From the NCBI GenBank assembly GCA_963733055.1, contig CAVTBR010000003.1, forward strand, positions 672,001 through 736,000: DNA of 64,000 bases, in the 5' to 3' direction. This document shows, piece by piece, positions 59,527 through 64,000 of this stretch (positions are counted from its first letter, which is position 1; each line of letters begins with the position of its first letter). The notes beneath the pieces were generated by a model that worked only from the letters and a program-made list of their open reading frames with translations, searched no databases and was not told the origin of the DNA. The position numbers and the translations under genes are program-made. Origin of the DNA: Candidatus Bathyarchaeota archaeon (GTDB taxonomy: Archaea > Thermoproteota > Bathyarchaeia > 40CM-2-53-6).

Positions 59527-60099
59527 TCAACTCGGTGGCTTTTGCCACAGCTCAAGGGTTTCTCTCTTTTTGCTTTCACTCTTTATCTTTCTAAGTAATT
59601 TGTACACGGTGGAATGCTGTTTGCCTTTCAGTAAGAGTTCTATTGCTTCTCTTGCAGCAGTGACCGTCTCATAATCGCCGAGCATCGAGATCGTATGCCC
59701 GTAAACTGACACTTTTGCATCGGTCATTTCCTCCAGTAATCTACGAATCTTTCCTTCGCGGCCGATCACGCGCCCTTTCAGTCGAGAGATGTCTCGGTCA
59801 TTCTTGCCGAAAGTTTCTCGCAAGTCAATAATGTCGAGCACTATGTCGTCGTCGGTGAGTGTGAGTGCGCGTTCGGGTGAAAATCCTTCGAGCAATTGCG
59901 AGAACTACGTCACGCGCCCGTAGGATTGTGGTTGGATCATCTGAATCTTCGCGCGGACGATCTCGATCACGCCGCTCTCACTTTGAACGAGAAGCTTCAC
60001 CTTGAACGCATTCTCAATTTCGGATTTTGTTGTCCCATCTCTTCCAATTAAGACGCCCATGCGTTCATTCGGAATAGTCGTGCTAATTCTTGTCGACAT
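59527..60099 (-). CDS. KH-domain ribosome biogenesis protein (Dim2/Pno1-like), two apparent frameshifts
   Basis: RMGVLIGRDG; AIA/RGFSPERA; KGRVIGREG; HSTVY. Confidence 0.88.
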
Positions 60100-60880
60100 C
60101 TTCCCCTGTCACCCATTTCGTTAGCCTTTCGATTGGAGGTACGCCAACTCCGATCTTCGAGAAGTATTCATTCATTCGTAGCAGATCTCTTTCAAGAAAA
60201 GTATTCGCCATAGGGTGTTCAATGGTCACTGCTTGTGCAAAGTCGAAGATTATCGGGTTGAGATCCACCATCATTATGTTGTACTCGCTCAGGTCGCCGT
60301 GAACCAGATGCGCCTTCTGGTAAAGGAGCTTTACTGCTTCAGCTACCTTGTCGTACACTCGTGCTGGATGGTTTAATGGGGTTTCCCTTAGCAGGGGTGC
60401 GGGTTCTCCTTTCTTCCCGATAAATTCCATCAGTAGCACATTGCCTTCAACCTTCAACGGGGTTGGGACACGTATACCGACCTCGGCAGCTTGCTGTAAG
60501 TTCCTGAACTCCTTCAACGCCCACAAGTTGACTAATGAACGTGTGTCTTTTCTTGTGCTCTTGAACCTTTCATCACCTTGAATGTACATCATTCTGCCCT
60601 TCAAGAATTCCGCGGAGGTCGTCAGGTAAATTTTGATGGCTACGAGCTTTCTTTTTCTCCCGACGCCCCAGTATAGCCGCGACTCTTTCCCAGCGCGGAC
60701 GACGCCGTTGATGCTGTTAATGTAGCCGCGGTTAAGTAAGCGGTAGACGATCATGAGTGTGGATCTATCGAACACTTCTTCGAGGGTGTCCATTTCTTCG
60801 CTGCGTTTGTCCCTCATCAATCGTTTTGTTTCATATTGCGCGACTCTCCTTCGTAGCTTTCGCTCGGCCCACGGTTCCAT
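60083..60880 (-). CDS. rio1: RIO1 kinase
   Basis: GKES, AIKIY, WALKEFRNL, LVHGDLSEYNI, IFDFAQAV. Confidence 0.94.
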   Translation of the reverse strand: MEPWAERKLRRRVAQYETKRLMRDKRSEEMDTLEEVFDRSTLMIVYRLLNRGYINSINGVVRAGKESRLYWGVGRKRKLVAIKIYLTTSAEFLKGRMMYIQGDERFKSTRKDTRSLVNLWALKEFRNLQQAAEVGIRVPTPLKVEGNVLLMEFIGKKGEPAPLLRETPLNHPARVYDKVAEAVKLLYQKAHLVHGDLSEYNIMMVDLNPIIFDFAQAVTIEHPMANTFLERDLLRMNEYFSKIGVGVPPIERLTKWVTGEDVDKN

Positions 60881-60897
60881 CTAAGACACCTTGGATT

Positions 60898-61203
60898 CTA
60901 TGCGAGGATGCGTCCTTGACTTCGTAGCACGTTGGCCTGGCTTTCCGTATAACGCCAGAGAATGTCGCCCCGCGAGTCCGTCTGGAAATCCCAGGGCGCG
61001 ACAAGTACGGTATCCCCGACCTTGATCCATACCCGACGTTTCATTTTCCCCCTGATGCGACACACTCTTTCGTGACCGTCCGCACATTTCACCATCAGTC
61101 GGTCATAACCTAGCATCTGAAGTACGACGCCGAACATCTGCCCCTCGCCGGGCAGCACCATTTCCCTGAGGTCTCCCTCACTCAGGACCTTCTTCTTACC
61201 CAC
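60898..61203 (-). CDS. eif1a: Translation initiation factor aIF-1A
   Basis: CADG.ERVCRIRGKMKRRVWI..GD.VLVAPW..Q..RGDILWRY. Confidence 0.95.
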   Translation of the reverse strand: MGKKKVLSEGDLREMVLPGEGQMFGVVLQMLGYDRLMVKCADGHERVCRIRGKMKRRVWIKVGDTVLVAPWDFQTDSRGDILWRYTESQANVLRSQGRILA

Positions 61204-61321
61204 ACATTCCACCGAGTTTTGTTCTGCTATCAGCCCAGGACACTAAATAAGCATTTTAACCCCGCGTTAGCAACCCACGGTGGACCAACCGATACCCCAT
61301 ACAACCGGCCTGAAACCTGCG

Positions 61322-61630
61322 TCACATTTTGACGATTTGCACGTGGGGGACGCCGCTAATGTGAAGGATTGCGGTTGGATCGACGAGACTCTGTTGAACG
61401 GCCGCTTGCACTATTGTCTCGCCTACGAGGTTAGCGATGTCCGCGGTGTCTATGGCCGCTAATGCTTCTCCAACGCTGGCGCGGTTTCCTTGGTAGAAAT
61501 CTGGTTTGACTTCGAGCTTTAGTTTTCCCTCTCGAAAAGTCTCACCGAGAAGTTCGGTATCACACGCTGCCACTAACGTGTGCTTTGCGTCTTTGATGAC
61601 CCTTAGGAATACCTCAGTCAGAGGATGCAC
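61322..61630 (-). CDS. DUF424 family protein
   Basis: LVAACDTELLG, FYQG, IANLVG, ISGVPHVQ. Confidence 0.88.
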   Translation of the reverse strand: MHPLTEVFLRVIKDAKHTLVAACDTELLGETFREGKLKLEVKPDFYQGNRASVGEALAAIDTADIANLVGETIVQAAVQQSLVDPTAILHISGVPHVQIVKM

Positions 61631-61633
61631 TTC

Positions 61634-62044
61634 CTAGAATGGTAGTATCGAGGACCGGGCACCGCAAGCCTCGCAACGAAGGAACAGGTAACGTCCCTCC
61701 TTCTCGACCTTAGTGTCAGGCCTGTTGCAAATCGGGCAGATGACAAACCTCTTTGCATATATGTTGAGTAGCCGCGTGACTGTTTGTACGTCGAATCTAC
61801 CCTGGAAGATTGCTCTGCCGCCATCCAAAGACGCTGCTGTCGCTAACTCTCTAGAGAGGAACTTCAGCAGGTGATGTGGGTCACGGTTTATTTTGCTACT
61901 GATATCGCCAAAATTCTGGAGAATAGTCCTACGTCCCATCCTAATTCCGACAACCCTCGGAATCTCAAACCTCTCTCCAGTACCCACAGACTTCGGTAGA
62001 GTCGAATACGCCCTATCCAGGAGCTTTGCATAATCCGCGCTCAT
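61634..62044 (-). CDS. eif2b: Translation initiation factor aIF-2 beta
   Basis: YAKLLDRAY, ERFEIP, FLSRELAT, CPIC.RPDT, CEACGA. Confidence 0.95.
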   Translation of the reverse strand: MSADYAKLLDRAYSTLPKSVGTGERFEIPRVVGIRMGRRTILQNFGDISSKINRDPHHLLKFLSRELATAASLDGGRAIFQGRFDVQTVTRLLNIYAKRFVICPICNRPDTKVEKEGRYLFLRCEACGARSSILPF

Positions 62045-62236
62045 GACTAATTCCTGACGCCCCTTGTGAAGCGCCATATTTCTTGATTCCCCTTAAAGAA
62101 AACGTTAATGGGGACACGCGCCAAGGTTGGGAAAGCATTTGGAGGGGCAGATACTAACCACAAACAACCCGACGGGCAGTAAAGGCTCAGACCACCTTCC
62201 CTGGAATATATCTGCCACGAGTGGAGGCGAGGACTA

Positions 62237-63880
62237 TTGACACGATGGATCATCAATTCTGCTTGGCCCTACGTTAATTCCGTTCCCCATCTGGGCACAT
62301 TCATTCATCCACTGTATGCTGATGTGTACGCTAGATACTTGCGCCTCAAAGGTGAGGACGTCATAGCGGTCACTGGCTCGGACGAACATGGGACTCCCAT
62401 CGAAGTTGAAGCCATCAGGAAAGGTGTCCCACCAAAACAATTGACCGATCAAATACACAACCAGATCCTCCAATTTCTCGATGCATTCAATATTCGCCTT
62501 GACAATTATACACGGACTGAAAATCCCGTTCACATTCGGTATACGCAGGATTTGTACAGGAAGGCGTACGAGAACGGGTACATATACACTCAGAACGTCA
62601 ACCTACCGTATTGCCAAACCGACCAAAGATTTCTCCCCGATCGATTCGTGGAAGGAACGTGCCCTCACTGTGGCTACGAAAACGCAAGAGGAGACCAATG
62701 TGACTCATGCGGCCGAGTTTTAGACCCTCTTGAGTTAGTGAAGCCACGATGCGTCTTCTGCGGTAACACGCCGACGATAAAATCATCAACTCACTGGTTC
62801 TTCGACCTACCCAAATTTCGCGACAAACTCTACGCCACAGTCAAGGATAACAAACAGTTACCGGAAAACGCACGCAACTTCTCGTTGAGATGGCTCGAGG
62901 AGGGTTTGAAACCCCGCTCAGTGACACGGGATAACAAGTGGGGAATCCCAGCCCCCTTCCCCGGCGCCGAGGGTAAAACGATCTACGTCTGGTTAGAAGC
63001 CGTACTAGGCTATGTCTCCGCCGCCATAGAGTGGGCGGAAAAGTCTGGTAAACCCGAAGCTTGGAAGGACTACTGGTTCTCGCAAGAAACCAGGAATGTC
63101 CATTTCATTGGCAAAGATAACATTCCGTTCCACGTGATCATCTTCCCCGCGCTCCTGCTCGCAACACACGACCCTTACGTCCTACCCTGGCAGGTTTCCT
63201 CGACCGAATTCATATTGTTTGATGGAAAGAAGTTCTCCAAAAGCAACAAAATCGGTGTGTGGATCGACGAGGCTTTGAAAGTCGCGCCCGGTGAGTACTG
63301 GCGGTACGTGCTGATTGCAATAAGACCGGAAGCCCGGGACGCGAACTTTACTTGGCATGAGTTTGAAACGCACGTGAATTCCGAGTTGAATGATGTTCTC
63401 GGAAATTTCGTTCACCGAACCCTCACTTTCGTGAATAACCAATTCGAAGGAGTAGTGCCCGAACCTGGCACATTCGACGAGAAGGATGAGGCGATTAGGA
63501 AGGAGATTGAAGAGGCTCCGTCGAAGATCGCGTCACAGCTGGATCACTTCCAGTTGAAGGGAAGCTTAGCGCAAACAATAGAATTGGCGAGGACGGGGAA
63601 CCAATACCTCAGCGAACGCGAACCATGGCACCTGATCAAAACAGACCGCACCAAGACCGCGACCACGCTCTACCTAGCGACTCAACTCGTAGGATCACTT
63701 GCAATCCTGATTTCACCGTTCTTACCCGAAACTGCGAAGGGAATTGGCGAACAGCTCAATCTAAGTACGAACCTGACAGGTAGCTGGTGGGACGCGGGCA
63801 AACTACGCGTCGAGGCGGGGCATAAGATAGGGAAACCCGTCCCCTTATTCCATAAGGTCAGCGTTTCCAAATCACAATGA
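62237..63880 (+). CDS. metG: Methionine--tRNA ligase (no C-terminal tRNA-binding appendix)
   Basis: PYVN..PHLG, GSDEHG, Zn knuckles, GKDNIPFH, KFSKS. Confidence 0.96.
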   Translation: MTRWIINSAWPYVNSVPHLGTFIHPLYADVYARYLRLKGEDVIAVTGSDEHGTPIEVEAIRKGVPPKQLTDQIHNQILQFLDAFNIRLDNYTRTENPVHIRYTQDLYRKAYENGYIYTQNVNLPYCQTDQRFLPDRFVEGTCPHCGYENARGDQCDSCGRVLDPLELVKPRCVFCGNTPTIKSSTHWFFDLPKFRDKLYATVKDNKQLPENARNFSLRWLEEGLKPRSVTRDNKWGIPAPFPGAEGKTIYVWLEAVLGYVSAAIEWAEKSGKPEAWKDYWFSQETRNVHFIGKDNIPFHVIIFPALLLATHDPYVLPWQVSSTEFILFDGKKFSKSNKIGVWIDEALKVAPGEYWRYVLIAIRPEARDANFTWHEFETHVNSELNDVLGNFVHRTLTFVNNQFEGVVPEPGTFDEKDEAIRKEIEEAPSKIASQLDHFQLKGSLAQTIELARTGNQYLSEREPWHLIKTDRTKTATTLYLATQLVGSLAILISPFLPETAKGIGEQLNLSTNLTGSWWDAGKLRVEAGHKIGKPVPLFHKVSVSKSQ

Positions 63881-63889
63881 GGTTTCTTG

Positions 63890-64000
63890 ATGCCTTTACT
63901 TAAGATAGACATGCACGTTCACACAGTTAGATCCCCCGACGCCCACACAAAGCGCGAAGACCTACCCGCTATCATCAAGAGTAAAAGGTTAGACGGCGTT
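63890..64000 (+). CDS. PHP-domain metal-dependent phosphoesterase (3'-truncated by window edge)
   Basis: MPLLKIDMHVHTVRSPDA...LDGV. Confidence 0.8.
   Translation, partial: MPLLKIDMHVHTVRSPDAHTKREDLPAIIKSKRLDGV

Noticed and set aside
61270-61320. CTGA preceded by a possible guide sequence after a TATA-like TTTTAAC
   Set aside because: No C/C' box and no clear rRNA target
1-64000. CRISPR array, rRNA genes, integrase or transposase
   Set aside because: No regularly spaced repeats, rRNA-like sequence or recombinase/DDE motifs seen

Overview
Archaeal chromosomal DNA, most likely TACK and Bathyarchaeia-like (inferred from gene content and order: top6B/top6A-KH-rio1-aIF1A-DUF424-aIF2beta, smc-scpA-scpB-rps8e-srp19, ABCE1, GPN GTPase). 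In order, the window holds: a glycosyltransferase cluster (1-7.8 kb); tRNA-modification and housekeeping genes (8-20.8 kb); an accessory island with small membrane and regulatory genes, toxin-antitoxin modules and pseudogenes (20.8-27.7 kb); SMC-ScpAB; a triple-intron tRNA-Asn; a peptide-fermentation cluster (aminotransferase, VOR-type oxidoreductase, ADP-forming acyl-CoA synthetase, two AbrB-PhoU regulators) enclosing an orphan hypA/hypB/hypC plus DUF6390-like module; a CBS-HPF protein; a lone ATP synthase subunit I; and topoisomerase VI and translation genes. Several conserved genes carry single-base frameshifts that are probably assembly errors. The best leads the ORF track misses are: (1) tRNA-Asn(GTT) with BHB introns at 8/9, 30/31 and 37/38, plus a leader copy of the 5' acceptor strand that could act as a folding decoy; (2) a 30-aa acidic, Trp-periodic microprotein gene upstream of ABCE1; (3) a C/D-box sRNA whose two guides match both strands of 16S helix 34; (4) a hydrogenase-less Hyp module in which HypC lacks its conserved His while the neighbouring DUF6390-like protein carries a HypC-like His motif. 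All assignments come from motif recognition by eye; no database search was run.
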